Assembly: GCA_963823035.1 (NCBI GenBank)
Contig: CAWGKG010000019.1
Location: 102,164-166,163 of the forward strand
DNA: 64,000 nucleotides
Reading direction: 5' to 3'
Origin: an uncultured Gemmatimonadales bacterium
GTDB taxonomy: Bacteria; Gemmatimonadota; Gemmatimonadetes; Longimicrobiales; Gaopeijiaceae
A model generated the notes under the pieces. It made no database searches. It had not been told where the DNA came from and was given only the letters and a program-made list of their open reading frames with translations. Within the stretch, counting starts at the first letter, position 1. The number at the start of each line of letters is the position of its first letter. The position numbers were made by a program, and so were the translations under genes. This document shows, in pieces, positions 41,142 through 51,703 of this stretch.

Positions 41142-41228
41142 ATGACGGGCCCAAAGGAAGACGGCGCGGACATCGAGGAGACGCTCGCCGCGATCGAGCG
41201 CTTCGGCGCGGAGGCCGCGGGGCCGTGA
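41142..41228 (+). CDS. Putative 28-aa ORF coupled to the CPBP protease (or its frameshifted N-terminus)
   Basis: MTGPKEDGADIEETLAAIERFGAEAAGP*, GC3-rich codons, GTGA overlap with the next gene. Confidence 0.4.
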   Translation: MTGPKEDGADIEETLAAIERFGAEAAGP

Positions 41229-41944
41229 CCGGCGCATCCCTTCTGGACCTGATGGCGGCGGGCGTGCTCCTCGTCGGCCTGCCGGTGCTCACGCTCCTGC
41301 AGAACCGACAGATGGAGGGCGTCGAGATCCGGCCCTTGCCGGTCTACGTCGGCTCGGCGATCACGCTTCTCCTGATGGGCGGGGCGTGCCTCGCGCTCGG
41401 GGCGCGCCGTGGCGGAATCGGCGGGGTGGGGCTGGTAGCCATGGCGCCCGGGACCCTTCTCGCATGGGGCGTGGGGCTGACGGCCGCGTCGTTGACCGTG
41501 CTCCTCCTCTTCCGCGCGTTGGCGGCGGCCCTCGGCGCGCAGGAATCCCCGCTCCTTCGTCGGATCCTGCCGCGCACGGGCCGGGAGCGGGCGGCCTTCG
41601 TCGGGCTGTCGATCGCCGCCGGCGTCGGCGAGGAGCTGGCCTACCGCGGCTACCTCGTCACACTGCTCGCGCCCGCCCTGGGAGGCCTCGGCGCGGGCGC
41701 GCTCACTTCCGCCGTCTTCGGCCTCCTGCACGCCTACCAGGGGACGCTCGGGATCGTGCGTACCGCCACGCTCGGGGGCCTTCTCGCCTGGGGCTTCCTG
41801 GCCTCCGGCAGCCTGTGGCCCGCCATCCTCGCGCACGCGCTGCTCGACGTGCTGGCCGGAACCGTGCTGGCGGAGCGGCTCATGGTACCTGGCACCGACA
41901 GCGGTGTATCGGAGACGGAAGGGTCGCCCGGACGGGTGCCGTGA
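41225..41944 (+). CDS. CPBP (CAAX/Abi) intramembrane metalloprotease
   Basis: GEELAYRG, FGLLHAYQG and AILAHALLD motifs. Confidence 0.92.
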   Translation: MTGASLLDLMAAGVLLVGLPVLTLLQNRQMEGVEIRPLPVYVGSAITLLLMGGACLALGARRGGIGGVGLVAMAPGTLLAWGVGLTAASLTVLLLFRALAAALGAQESPLLRRILPRTGRERAAFVGLSIAAGVGEELAYRGYLVTLLAPALGGLGAGALTSAVFGLLHAYQGTLGIVRTATLGGLLAWGFLASGSLWPAILAHALLDVLAGTVLAERLMVPGTDSGVSETEGSPGRVP

Positions 41945-42003
41945 GCGGCGAGGGTCGGCGACGAACGCCCCACCCACCCCCGAACCCGAAGGAACACAGA
42001 GCC

Positions 42004-42420
42004 ATGGAAGTCGACCTGGCGCTGCTCGCCGACGCTGCGACGATCGACGCCGCGGGGAAGCTGAACATCCTCGGCGTCTTCGACCGGATTTCCACGGGGA
42101 GCTTTCCGGCGCAGCACGGGCACATGGTGCTGGTCCTGCGCTTCACGGCGGACGTCGGGGAGATCGGCAAGCACGAGGTGGTGATCGCCCTGCGCGACCC
42201 CAGGGGACAGCAGGTGGCCCAGCTCAACGGCGACATGCAGCTCGGGGCGGGTCGTTCAGGGATGAGCGAGGGGCTCAAGGTGCCGCACGTTCTGCATCTC
42301 GACGGGATGGTGTTCCCCTTCCCGGGACAGTATGCCTTCGACGTGGTCGTCGACGGCGAGCACCACGTCACGGTGCCGTTGCACGTGTCGGGACCGGTGT
42401 CGGCGATGGCGAAGGCGTAG
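42004..42420 (+). CDS. Hypothetical beta-sandwich protein (DUF6941-like)
   Basis: LLADAAT..GKLNILGVFDRI and FPFPGQYAFDVVVDG pattern. Confidence 0.75.
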   Translation: MEVDLALLADAATIDAAGKLNILGVFDRISTGSFPAQHGHMVLVLRFTADVGEIGKHEVVIALRDPRGQQVAQLNGDMQLGAGRSGMSEGLKVPHVLHLDGMVFPFPGQYAFDVVVDGEHHVTVPLHVSGPVSAMAKA

Positions 42421-42549
42421 GTTGGGCGGCTCCGCGCGACGCCCGCACGTGGCGCTTGCAGAAACCCCACCACCGTCCGAAGGGTATGAAAGGTAGGCGG
42501 TACATCGTAGCGGGGGCTGAAAGGCCCTCCGAGGACGACGGAGACGAGG

Positions 42550-42972
42550 TTGATCCTCCACTGCAACTACGAGGAGCTCCGGGCCCTGAGGTCCGGCGGC
42601 CACTCCCTCCTGGAGGGGGGTGCGGAAGAGTCCTCGTACGTGCTGGCGCCGCCCGAGCACCGGGCGCGTGTGGAGGCGCTCCTGCCGCTCCTCGACGGCG
42701 ACGTGACGGTCACGACGCTGGCGGAGCTGTCGGGCGTGATGCTCGCGGTGGATGCGATCCTCGAGTACCTGCGCGCCGAGATGGAGGCGACGGTGGTCGC
42801 CACGCACGCCGCGGACGAGAATGCCGTGGCGGCCTACTTCGAGTTCGCCCACGTGCTCACGGTGCTGGGCCGGCTGCACGACTTGGCGGCCGAGATGGAG
42901 GCGCTGATCGAGCTGGTCACCGGAGCGCCGCCCGACTCCGGGAGCGCGCTCACCTTCCGCTTCCCCGACTAG
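42550..42972 (+). CDS. Hypothetical protein
   Basis: 140-aa helical ORF, TTG start after GAGG. Confidence 0.7.
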   Translation: MILHCNYEELRALRSGGHSLLEGGAEESSYVLAPPEHRARVEALLPLLDGDVTVTTLAELSGVMLAVDAILEYLRAEMEATVVATHAADENAVAAYFEFAHVLTVLGRLHDLAAEMEALIELVTGAPPDSGSALTFRFPD

Positions 42973-43029
42973 CTTCGCCGACCCCCGCTCGCGTGCTTCT
43001 CCCCTCCCCGCTGCCCCGCTGATCGCCGC

Positions 43030-43347
43030 GTGGCCGCCGACCGCGTCGCCGCGCTGGAGCGCATGCTCGAGAAGCGCCCCGACGACCCCCGTCTCCGCTT
43101 CGGGCTCGCCCTCGAGTACCTGAACGCCGGCCGCACCGGGGAGGGCGTCCGCGAGTTGCGCGCCTACCTCGACGCCACCGACGACGAGGGCAACGCCTGG
43201 GGACGCCTGGGCGCGGAGTTGCGCCGGGCGGGTCAGGAGGAAGAGGCGAAGGACGCCTATCGCCGCGGGATCGAGGCCGCCTACCGGCACGGCCATCCCA
43301 CGATGGCCGCCGAGTTCGAGGAGATCCTCGAAGGGTGGGACGGGTGA
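43030..43347 (+). CDS. TPR-repeat protein
   Basis: PDDPRLRFGLALEY and NAWGRLG..EEAKDAYRRGI TPR-like helices. Confidence 0.82.
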   Translation: MAADRVAALERMLEKRPDDPRLRFGLALEYLNAGRTGEGVRELRAYLDATDDEGNAWGRLGAELRRAGQEEEAKDAYRRGIEAAYRHGHPTMAAEFEEILEGWDG

Positions 43348-43961
43348 GCCCGCCGGTCACGGACGGGGTGAGGAGGGAGAGCTTCGAGACGGAGGCACTT
43401 CCCCATCTGGACGCGGTGTACCGCTTCGCCCTCCGCCTGACCGGGGCGCCCGACCGGGCGGAAGACCTGGTCCAGGACACCTTCCTGCGCGCCTACAAGG
43501 CCTGGGACCAGTATACGCCGGGAACCCAGTGCAAGAGCTGGCTCTTTACCATTTGTCGGAACCTGTTCGTCCGACAGTGGGAGCGTGGCCAGCGGCACGA
43601 GGAGATCGTGGCCGAGCACGTCGGCCGTGACGGGCCGGGTGCGGAGCCGATCAGCCCGGTCTGGTCGTCGGTTGCCGCCGTCGATCCCGAAGGAGCGTTC
43701 TTCGGCTCGTTCGTGGACGAGGAGATCCTCCGCTCCATCGACCTCCTTCCGGAGGAGTATCGGATGGCGGTGATGCTATCGGACGTCGAGGGACTGACGT
43801 ACGACGAGATCGCGGAACTGTTGGAGATCCCCGTGGGAACCGTGAAGAGTCGCCTGTTCCGGGGTCGCAGGCGGTTGCAGAAGGCGCTGTACGACTACGC
43901 GCTGGAGAGCGGCTATCTCCAGCCTGGGTCGAAGGCGCGGGGCCCGGAGGCGGCACCATGA
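43344..43961 (+). CDS. ECF sigma-70 factor (SigH/SigR-like)
   Basis: AEDLVQDTFLRA, KSWLFTICRN and LTYDEIAELLEIPVGTVKSRLFRGR. Confidence 0.93.
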   Translation: MSPPVTDGVRRESFETEALPHLDAVYRFALRLTGAPDRAEDLVQDTFLRAYKAWDQYTPGTQCKSWLFTICRNLFVRQWERGQRHEEIVAEHVGRDGPGAEPISPVWSSVAAVDPEGAFFGSFVDEEILRSIDLLPEEYRMAVMLSDVEGLTYDEIAELLEIPVGTVKSRLFRGRRRLQKALYDYALESGYLQPGSKARGPEAAP

Positions 43962-44194
43962 TCTCCTGTCGCGACGCGCTGCACCTCATCTACGAGTACC
44001 TCGACGGCGAGCTGGCGGACGTGCCCGAGGAGGAAGTGCGGGCACACTTCGAGGTCTGCCAGCAGTGCTTCCCGCACCTCAAGCTCGAGGAGTCCTTCCT
44101 GGCCGCCGTCCAGCGCGCTTCACGCGGTGAGGCGGCACCGGCGGAGCTGCGCGGGCGGGTGATGGACCTCCTTTCCCGGGTCGACAAGGGCTGA
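43958..44194 (+). CDS. Zinc-binding anti-sigma factor (zf-HC2/ZAS)
   Basis: C..YEYLDGEL..HFEVCQQC (HxxxCxxC), soluble, ATGA overlap with the sigma factor. Confidence 0.9.
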   Translation: MISCRDALHLIYEYLDGELADVPEEEVRAHFEVCQQCFPHLKLEESFLAAVQRASRGEAAPAELRGRVMDLLSRVDKG

Positions 44195-44352
44195 TCCGGG
44201 GCGGGCCCGGAAGGACCCGCCGCCGACCGTGAAGGACCCCCGGCGGGGCGGATGCGAGCCTCGCGCCAGGCCCGCTTGCTCTCCTCCGCGCGATTGTAGA
44301 AGCTTGGGCCGCGGTACCCCCACCCCCTTTGCAAAGCCCGTCTGGAGAAGGA

Positions 44353-46860
44353 ATGGCCACCGCCCGGAAACGGGAACGGATCCTGCCTCGCCTCATCGAA
44401 GAGGAGATGCGGGACTCGTTCCTCGACTACTCGATGTCGGTCATCGTTCAGCGCGCGCTTCCCGACGTGCGCGACGGCCTCAAGCCCGTCCACCGGCGCA
44501 TCCTCTACGCCATGCACGAGCTCGGGCTGATGCCCGACCGAGCCTACAAGAAGAGCGCCACGGTGGTCGGCGACGTGCTGGGCAAGTACCACCCGCACGG
44601 CGACTCGGCGGTGTACGACGCGCTCGTGCGCATGGTGCAGGACTTCTCGCTGCGCTACCCGCTGGTGGACGGGCAGGGGAACTTCGGCTCGATCGACGGA
44701 GACAACGCCGCGGCCTACCGCTACACCGAGGCACGGCTGCAGGCGCTGGCCGTCGAGCTGATCGACAACGTCCACATGGAGACGGTCGACTTCCAGCCGA
44801 ACTTCGACAACCGCCTGGAAGAGCCCACGGTCCTTCCCGGGCGCTTCCCCAACCTCCTGGTCAACGGCTCGTCCGGCATCGCGGTGGGGATGAGCACCAA
44901 CGTGCCGCCGCACAACCTGCGCGAGATCGCGGCCGGGGTGAAGCAGCTCGTGGTCGACCCGGACTGCACGGTGAAGGACCTGATGCGGCACGTGCACGGG
45001 CCCGACTTCCCGACGGGCGGCTTCATCGTCGGGCGGGGCGGCATCGACGACATGTACAACAAGGGCCGCGGGCGCGTGATCATGCGCGCCCGTGTGGTCA
45101 AGGAGGCGCTCCGGGGCGGGAAGGAGCAGCTCGTCGTCACCGAGCTGCCCTACACGGTCTCGAAGACGAGGATCATCGAGCAGATCGCGGACCTCGCCAA
45201 GAAGGGGAAGGCGGACGACATCTCCGACATCCGCGACGAGACCGACCGGGACGGCATCCGGCTCGTCATCGAGCTGAAGCGCTCGGCCAAGGCCGGCAAG
45301 GTGCTCAAGCAGCTCTACCGGCGCACCAGCCTGCAGCAGACGTTCGGCGCGATCATGCTGGCGCTCGATCACGGCCAGCCGAAGGAGTTCGACCTCAAGA
45401 CGCTGCTGGAGCGCTTCCGCGACCACCGGCTCGAGGTCATCCAGCGCAGGTGCCGCTTCGAGCTGGAGAAGGCGGAGGCGGAGCGCCACGTGGTCGAGGG
45501 GCTGCTCGTCGCGCTCGACCACATCGACGAGGTGATCAAGATCATCCGGGGCTCCAGGGATCGGCCGCAGGCCTCCGATCGGCTGCAGGACCGCTTCGGG
45601 CTCAGCGAGGTGCAGGCGGACGCGATCCTGAACATGCGCCTGGCCCGGCTCACGGCGCTGGAGCGCTCGCAGCTCGAGGCCCGCCTCGCCGAGCTGGAGG
45701 CGTCCATCGCGGAGCTGCGGGAGATCCTCGACTCGGAGGAGCGGCAGCTCGAGGTGATGCTCGACGAGCTCGGTGAGGTCGTGAAGAGGCACGGCGACGC
45801 GCGGCGCACGGTGATCCTCGACGAGGGCGAGGAGGAGCGGCAGGCCGAGACCGTGACGGTCGAGGAGGAGATCGCCGACGAGGCCGTGGTGGTGACGCTC
45901 AGCCACGAGGGCTTCGTGAAGCGCATCCCCATGCACCTCTACCGAAGGCGTGTCTCGTCGGGGAAGGCGCTCGCGGGGATGGAGCGCTACGACGAGGACT
46001 ACCTGGAGCGGATCTTCGTCGCGCGCACGCAGGGGTGGGTTCTCGCCTTCACCGCGGGCGGGCACTGCCACTTCCTCTCCGTCTTCGACGTTCCGGAGAG
46101 CTCGCGCTCGTCGCGTGGACAGTCGGTGTACGCCCTGCTGGGGGCGGACCGGGAGGACCGCATCGTGTCGATGATCCCCGTGGACGACCTGGAGGCCGCG
46201 GACCGCTACCTGGTCTTTCACTCCCGGCAGGGGCTCGTCAAGCGCACGGCCCTCGCCGAGTTCGCGAACCCGCGCGCGGGTGGGGTGATCGCGGCGGGAG
46301 TTCGCTCCGGCGACGCCATCCGTGACGTCTCGCTCTCCGACGGGCTGGCCGAGGTCATGCTGCTCTCGGGGTCCGGTCGGGCCATCCGTTTCGCCGAAGA
46401 GGACGTGCCGGTGGTCGGGCGCACGGCGCAGGGCGTGAAGGGGATGGCCATCAAGAAGGGCGACGCGATCGTCGGGATGGTCCTGATCCGCCGGGACGCC
46501 AACATCCTCACGGTGACCGACGACGGGCAGGGCAAGCGGATCCCCGTGGGGGAGTTCCCCCTGCAGAAGCGCGGCGGGATGGGCACCATGGTCACGTCCG
46601 CTGGGGCGGGTGACCGCGTGGTGGCGGCGCTCGAGGTGCTCGACGCCGACGAGATCATGATGATCTCCTCGGGCGGGCAGGTGAGCCGGGTGGCCGCCGA
46701 GGACATTCCGATCCAGGGACGGCGTACGCAGGGGCGGAAGGTCCTCAAGGTCCCGAAGGGGGACCGGATCGTGGAGGTCACCCGGACACAGGGCGGAGGC
46801 GGCGAGCCGGCGGAGGTGCCGCTCTCCGGCGAGGGGCAGTTGGACCTGCTGGGGGGATAG
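44353..46860 (+). CDS. Type IIA topoisomerase subunit A (GyrA/ParC family, probably ParC-like)
   Basis: [29 protein letters not shown] (catalytic Tyr) and C-terminal pinwheel repeats; the first-blade GyrA box is degenerate. Confidence 0.93.
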   Translation: MATARKRERILPRLIEEEMRDSFLDYSMSVIVQRALPDVRDGLKPVHRRILYAMHELGLMPDRAYKKSATVVGDVLGKYHPHGDSAVYDALVRMVQDFSLRYPLVDGQGNFGSIDGDNAAAYRYTEARLQALAVELIDNVHMETVDFQPNFDNRLEEPTVLPGRFPNLLVNGSSGIAVGMSTNVPPHNLREIAAGVKQLVVDPDCTVKDLMRHVHGPDFPTGGFIVGRGGIDDMYNKGRGRVIMRARVVKEALRGGKEQLVVTELPYTVSKTRIIEQIADLAKKGKADDISDIRDETDRDGIRLVIELKRSAKAGKVLKQLYRRTSLQQTFGAIMLALDHGQPKEFDLKTLLERFRDHRLEVIQRRCRFELEKAEAERHVVEGLLVALDHIDEVIKIIRGSRDRPQASDRLQDRFGLSEVQADAILNMRLARLTALERSQLEARLAELEASIAELREILDSEERQLEVMLDELGEVVKRHGDARRTVILDEGEEERQAETVTVEEEIADEAVVVTLSHEGFVKRIPMHLYRRRVSSGKALAGMERYDEDYLERIFVARTQGWVLAFTAGGHCHFLSVFDVPESSRSSRGQSVYALLGADREDRIVSMIPVDDLEAADRYLVFHSRQGLVKRTALAEFANPRAGGVIAAGVRSGDAIRDVSLSDGLAEVMLLSGSGRAIRFAEEDVPVVGRTAQGVKGMAIKKGDAIVGMVLIRRDANILTVTDDGQGKRIPVGEFPLQKRGGMGTMVTSAGAGDRVVAALEVLDADEIMMISSGGQVSRVAAEDIPIQGRRTQGRKVLKVPKGDRIVEVTRTQGGGGEPAEVPLSGEGQLDLLGG

Positions 46861-46907
46861 CGGGGACAGGAGCGCGTCGGCGCCCTTGACTTCGCGATCC
46901 CTCGTGC

Positions 46908-46948
46908 GTAGAAGTTCTACATAGGAAGGCTAGGACTTCTACATAGGA
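46908..46948. promoter_or_regulatory. Tandem putative PadR operators
   Basis: Palindrome GTAGAA-G-TTCTAC (46908-46920); direct repeat TTCTACATAGGA at 46915 and 46937 (22-bp period); TTGACT at 46886. Confidence 0.65.
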
Positions 46949-46955
46949 CCCGTCC

Positions 46956-47265
46956 ATGAGCCCCCGTTCTCTCGGCACCGCGACGATCGCGGTGCTGCAG
47001 GCGCTGTCCGACGGACATCCGCTACGGCTTCGACATCATCGACCGGACGGGCCTTCCCAGCGGCACCGTCTATCCCGCCCTCGCGACGCTGACGCGGAAG
47101 GGGCTCGTGCAGTCGCGCTGGGAGAACGGGGACGCGGCGCGTGCCGAGGGACGCCCCCGGCGGCGCTACTACGAGATCACGCGCGCCGGAGCGGCCGAGC
47201 TCGAGGAAGCACGTGCCCGGCTCCTGCAGCTCGGGCTTGTTGCCCCGGCCCCCGAGACGGCCTGA
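46956..47265 (+). CDS. PadR family regulator (extra base near 47019; not resolved in ORF track)
   Basis: Reconstructed MSPRSLGTATIAVLQALSDGHRYGFDIIDRTGLPSGTVYPALATLTRKGLVQSRWE..GRPRRRYYEIT. Confidence 0.85.
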
Positions 47266-49924
47266 TGGCTACGCGGGACCCGGGTGGTTGGACGGCCCGC
47301 GCCTGTCGAGCGCTCGTCGAGGTGGCCGCGCTCCTGGTGCCGTCGACACGCCGGGAGGCGTGGCGGGAGGAGTGGGGTTCGGAGATCTGGCACCATCTGC
47401 ACACTGGGGAACGGGATGGATCCGGGAAGGGGCGCGCGGCTGCGGCTGCTGTCGCGCTGCCTCGGCGCGATTCCCCACGCGCTCTGGATCCGGGGGGAGG
47501 AGTGGAACGTGGAGACCGTGTGGCAGGACGTCAGGTTCGCGCTTCGCACGCTCGCGAAGCGGCCCGCCTTCACCCTCGTGGCGGTGGGCACGCTGGCCCT
47601 GGGCATCGGTGCGAACACCGCCGTCTTCAGCGTGGTCGACGCGGTCGTGTTACGGCCCCTGCCCATGCCGACCGCGGACCGCCTCCTGTGGATGTGGGGA
47701 CGGACCCTCGAGGGACGGCCGATCGCCAGCGTCTCGCCGCCGGACTTCCTCGACTACCGCGAGGAGACGGATCGCGTGTTCGAGGAATTCGCGGCCTACT
47801 CGAGCTTCTCCCGGCGCGTCGTCTACACGGGAGGGGAGCGCCCGGAAGAGCTGCTCGGGCGCTCGTCGACCGCGAACTACCTCGCCGCACTCGGCCTCGA
47901 GCCCGTGCTCGGTCGCACGTTCACGGCGGAGGAGGAGGGCGGCTCCTCGACCGATCCGATCATGATCTCCCACGGGCTGTGGGAGCGGCTGTACGCCGGC
48001 GCGCGCGACGTCGTGGGGCGCACGCTACGCCTCGACGGCGAGGCACACACGATCGTCGGGGTGCTGCCGGAGGAGCTCGGGCTCCAGGACGCCGTGGACG
48101 TGTGGTCCCCGCTCACCTTCGCGGACGAGGACTACCAGTCCCGCGGTGCGCACTTCCTGCGCCCGATCGCGCTGTTGCGCGCAGGCGTGACACGGGCGCA
48201 GGCGCAGGAGGCGCTCGACGCCGTGTCCGCCCGTCTCGAGCAGGACCATCCCGAGACGAACGACGGGTGGTACCCTCTGCTCGAGCCGGTCCAGTCCGTG
48301 CTCCTCGGCACCACCCGCCCGGCGCTCCTCATCTTGATGGGCGCCGTCGCGCTCGTGCTCCTCATCGCCTGCGCCAACGTGGGCAGCCTGCTCATCGCGC
48401 GCTCGGCGGAGCGCCGGGGCGAGCTCGCCGTGCGGACGGCGCTCGGCGCGTCCCGCGGCCGGATCACGCGCCAGCTCCTGGTCGAGAGCCTCATCCTCGC
48501 GGTCGTCGCCGCCGCGCTGGGGCTGCTCGTCGCGGCCGGGGGCATCGCGGCGCTGGAGCGTCTCGCGCCCGCCGGTCTCCCGCGCATGGACGAGGTCGCG
48601 ATGAACGGCCGCGTCCTCCTGGTGACCCTCGCGGTGTCGTTGGCGGTCGGCATCGCCTTCGGGACCATGCCCGCGGCGGGCGGCGGCGGGGGCGGTCTCG
48701 CCGCGGGCGTCGCCTCGATCGGTCGCGGACGCTCCGCGCGGCGCGCGGGCCGGTTGCGCGCGGCGCTCGTGACGGGCGAGGTGGCACTCTCCTTCGTGCT
48801 GCTCGTCGGTGCGGCCCTCCTGATGCGGTCCTTCGTCGCGCTCCGCTCCGTGGACCCGGGCTTCGACGCGCGGGGCGTGCTCACGATGCCGCTGTCCATC
48901 TCCGAGCAGGATGTGGGATCCACGTCCGAGGTGGTCGGGCTGCTCGACCGGATCCAGGAGCGGGTGGCCGCCCTCCCCGGCGTCGCGCGCGTGGCGGTCG
49001 CGAACCTCCTCCCCATGACCGGCTCCGGGGGGGACACGTACGTCTACGCCGAAGGCAGGCCGCCGGAGCAGATCCGCAACGTGGAGAACACCGCGGAGTT
49101 CCGGATCGCCTCGGAGGACTTCTTCGACGCGCTCGGCATCGAGGTGCGGCGTGGTCGGGGCTTCACGCCGGCCGACGCGGAGGGCACGGAGCCGGTCGTG
49201 GTCGTGAACCAGCGTCTCGCGGACCGTCTCTTCCCGGGCGAAGACCCGTTGGGCCGTGGTCTGGTCATCTGGCTGGACACCCTCACGACGCACCGGATCG
49301 TCGGGGTGGTGGAGGACGTGCACCAGTACGCGCCGGGGCTGGCGCCCCGCGAGGAGTTCTACCTCTCCGAGCGGCAGAGCGGGGCGCGCGGCGTGACGCT
49401 CGTCGTGAAGGGGCGGGAGGCGGTGCCTTCCGCCGCCGGAGATACGCCGAGCCGTCTGGGAGGTCGATCCGCGCCAGCCGCTCTCGCGCGCGACCGCCAT
49501 GGAGGACTACCTGGGCGAAGCCCTCGCACCCGGGCGCTTCCAGACGCTCCTGCTCGGGGTCTTCGCGTCGCTCGCGGTGCTCCTCGCGGCCGTCGGCCTC
49601 TACGGCGTTCTGGCCCAGGCGGTGGTCGAGCGTCGCTCGGAGATCGGCGTACGCGTCGCGCTCGGTGCCGAGCGCGGGGCCGTGGTGCGGATGATGGTGC
49701 GTCAGGGGATGGCGCTCACGGCCGCGGGCCTCGCGGTCGGCGCGCTGGGCGCCCTGGCCGCGTCGCGACTCCTCGGCGCGCTCCTCTACGGCGTCGGGCC
49801 CCGGGACCCGCTGGCGTTCGCGCTCACGCCGATCCTGCTCGCCGCGGTGGCGTTCCTGGCGAGCTGGATCCCCGCGCGCAGGGCTGCCCGGCTCGACCCG
49901 GTCGAGTCCCTGCGCGCGGAGTGA
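47265..49924 (+). CDS. ADOP-type duplicated ABC permease (frameshifts near 47430 and 49430)
   Basis: Prefix [38 protein letters not shown] and [20 protein letters not shown]. Confidence 0.88.
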
Positions 49925-49934
49925 GGAGGCGCCG

Positions 49935-51694
49935 CTACCTGCGTTCCTCGAGCACCGCGGTCATCGTCACGCGCTTCCCGTCCCGCTCGACCACGACCTT
50001 CACCACGTCGCCGGGCTTCTTGTCCCGCAGCGCGTACGTGTAGGCGTAGATGTCCGCGATCGGCTTGCCGTCGAATTCGACGACCACGTCTCCGGCCTGG
50101 AGCCCCGCCTTCGCGGCCGGGCTTCCCTCGCGCACGCCGGTCACGCGCAGCCCGTAGTCGCGCGGCGTCATGTCGGGGATCGACCCGAAGTACGGGCCGT
50201 AGCCCCGCGACGACTCGCCCTCGGCCGGGGGCCGCCGGCTGCTCCTGCTTCACCGGCGTGAGCGCGATCGCTGCGGTCGCGCCGGCGCCCGCGAGCCGGT
50301 GGACGATGCCGGTGGCGAGCTCGGCGATACGATCGATGCCCTCGCCGTCGATCTTGTCCCAGTCGTCCGTGGGGCGGTGGTAGTCCGCGTGCGTGTTCGT
50401 GAAGAAGTGCAGCACGGGGATGCCGACCGCGGTGAAGGACGCGTGGTCGGACGGACCGTAGCCGTCGGGGGAGAAGGCGAGCTTCAGCGGCTCGTCCAGC
50501 GAGCCGTCCACCTCGTTCGCGACGCGCTCCCACTCCTCGGCCGTGCCGGTGCCGAAGACCGTCACCGTGTTCTCCACCAGGCGACCCACCATGTCGAGGT
50601 TCAGCATCGCGACCGCCTTCGACAGGTCGATGGTGGGGTCGGCCACGAAGTGCGCCGAGCCCCACAGCCCCTTCTCCTCGCCGGTGAAGGAGATGAAGAG
50701 CACGCTCCTCTTCGGTCGCGGCCCGCGGCTCAGGCGCTCGGCGATGTCCAGGAGGCCGGCGGTGCCGCTCGCGTTGTCGTCCGCGCCGTTGTGCACGGCG
50801 TGGGCGTCCGGGTCCAGCGAGCCCTCGCCGCCCCACCCCAGGTGGTCGAAGTGCGCGCCCACGATGACGTACTCGTCCCGGAGGCGCGGATCGGAGCCGG
50901 GGAGGACGGCGACCACGTTGCGCGCCTCGGCGGTGGTGGGGTGCACGTCGGCGCGCACGCTCACGACCGCCTCCCGCCCGGGCGGCGGCGCGGACCGACT
51001 CGGCCGCGTCGCCGGAGACGGCGAGCACGGGGATCGTCAGCGCGTTGCGGATCTCCTCGTCCGGGGTCGGGAGGGCCATCCCGTCCGGGAGGAGGACGAT
51101 CAGCCCGACCGCCTCGCGGCCGGCCGCGACCGAGGCCTTGAAGTGAGGCTCGGCGCGCATCGAGTTGCCACCGGGGCCGTCCGGGTCGCCCCATTCCACC
51201 ACCATGATCTTGCCGCTCACGTCCAGGTGCGCGTACCGATCGTCCGGATGGTCGGGTCGGCTCACGCCATGCCCCGCGTAGGCCGAAGCCGCGCGCACGG
51301 TGCCGCTCCCCGAGAAGCCGAAGGGAACCCATTCACGGCCAGCGGCGTACGTGCGCTTCGAGATCGAGAGCGTATTGTCGGGGCCGAACGCGGCGCCCCT
51401 CCTCACCGGGAAGGTCTGGAACCACGACCCGGACGCGCCTGGCTGCAGGCCGAAGGCCTCGAAGCGCGCGGCGATGTACTCGGCCGCGCAGCGCGCGCCC
51501 GGCGAGCCGACCTCCCGCCCCTCGAGGGCGTCGTCGGCGAGGTAGCGGACGTAGGCGAGCGGCGTCGGGACGCCCCTCGTGATCGACGTGGGGTCCGGGC
51601 AGGCGGTCGACTGGGCCGCGAGCGGGCCCCCACACAGCGGGACGAGGGCGGTTGCCAGCGCGACTCGGCGCAGGAATCGGATCATCGTGGACAT
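49935..51694 (-). CDS. Exported M28 aminopeptidase with PA and PDZ domains (frameshifts near 50970 and 50225)
   Basis: Signal peptide; [42 protein letters not shown] and YHRPTD; C-terminal [16 protein letters not shown]. Confidence 0.88.
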
Positions 51695-51703
51695 TCTCGA
51701 AGG

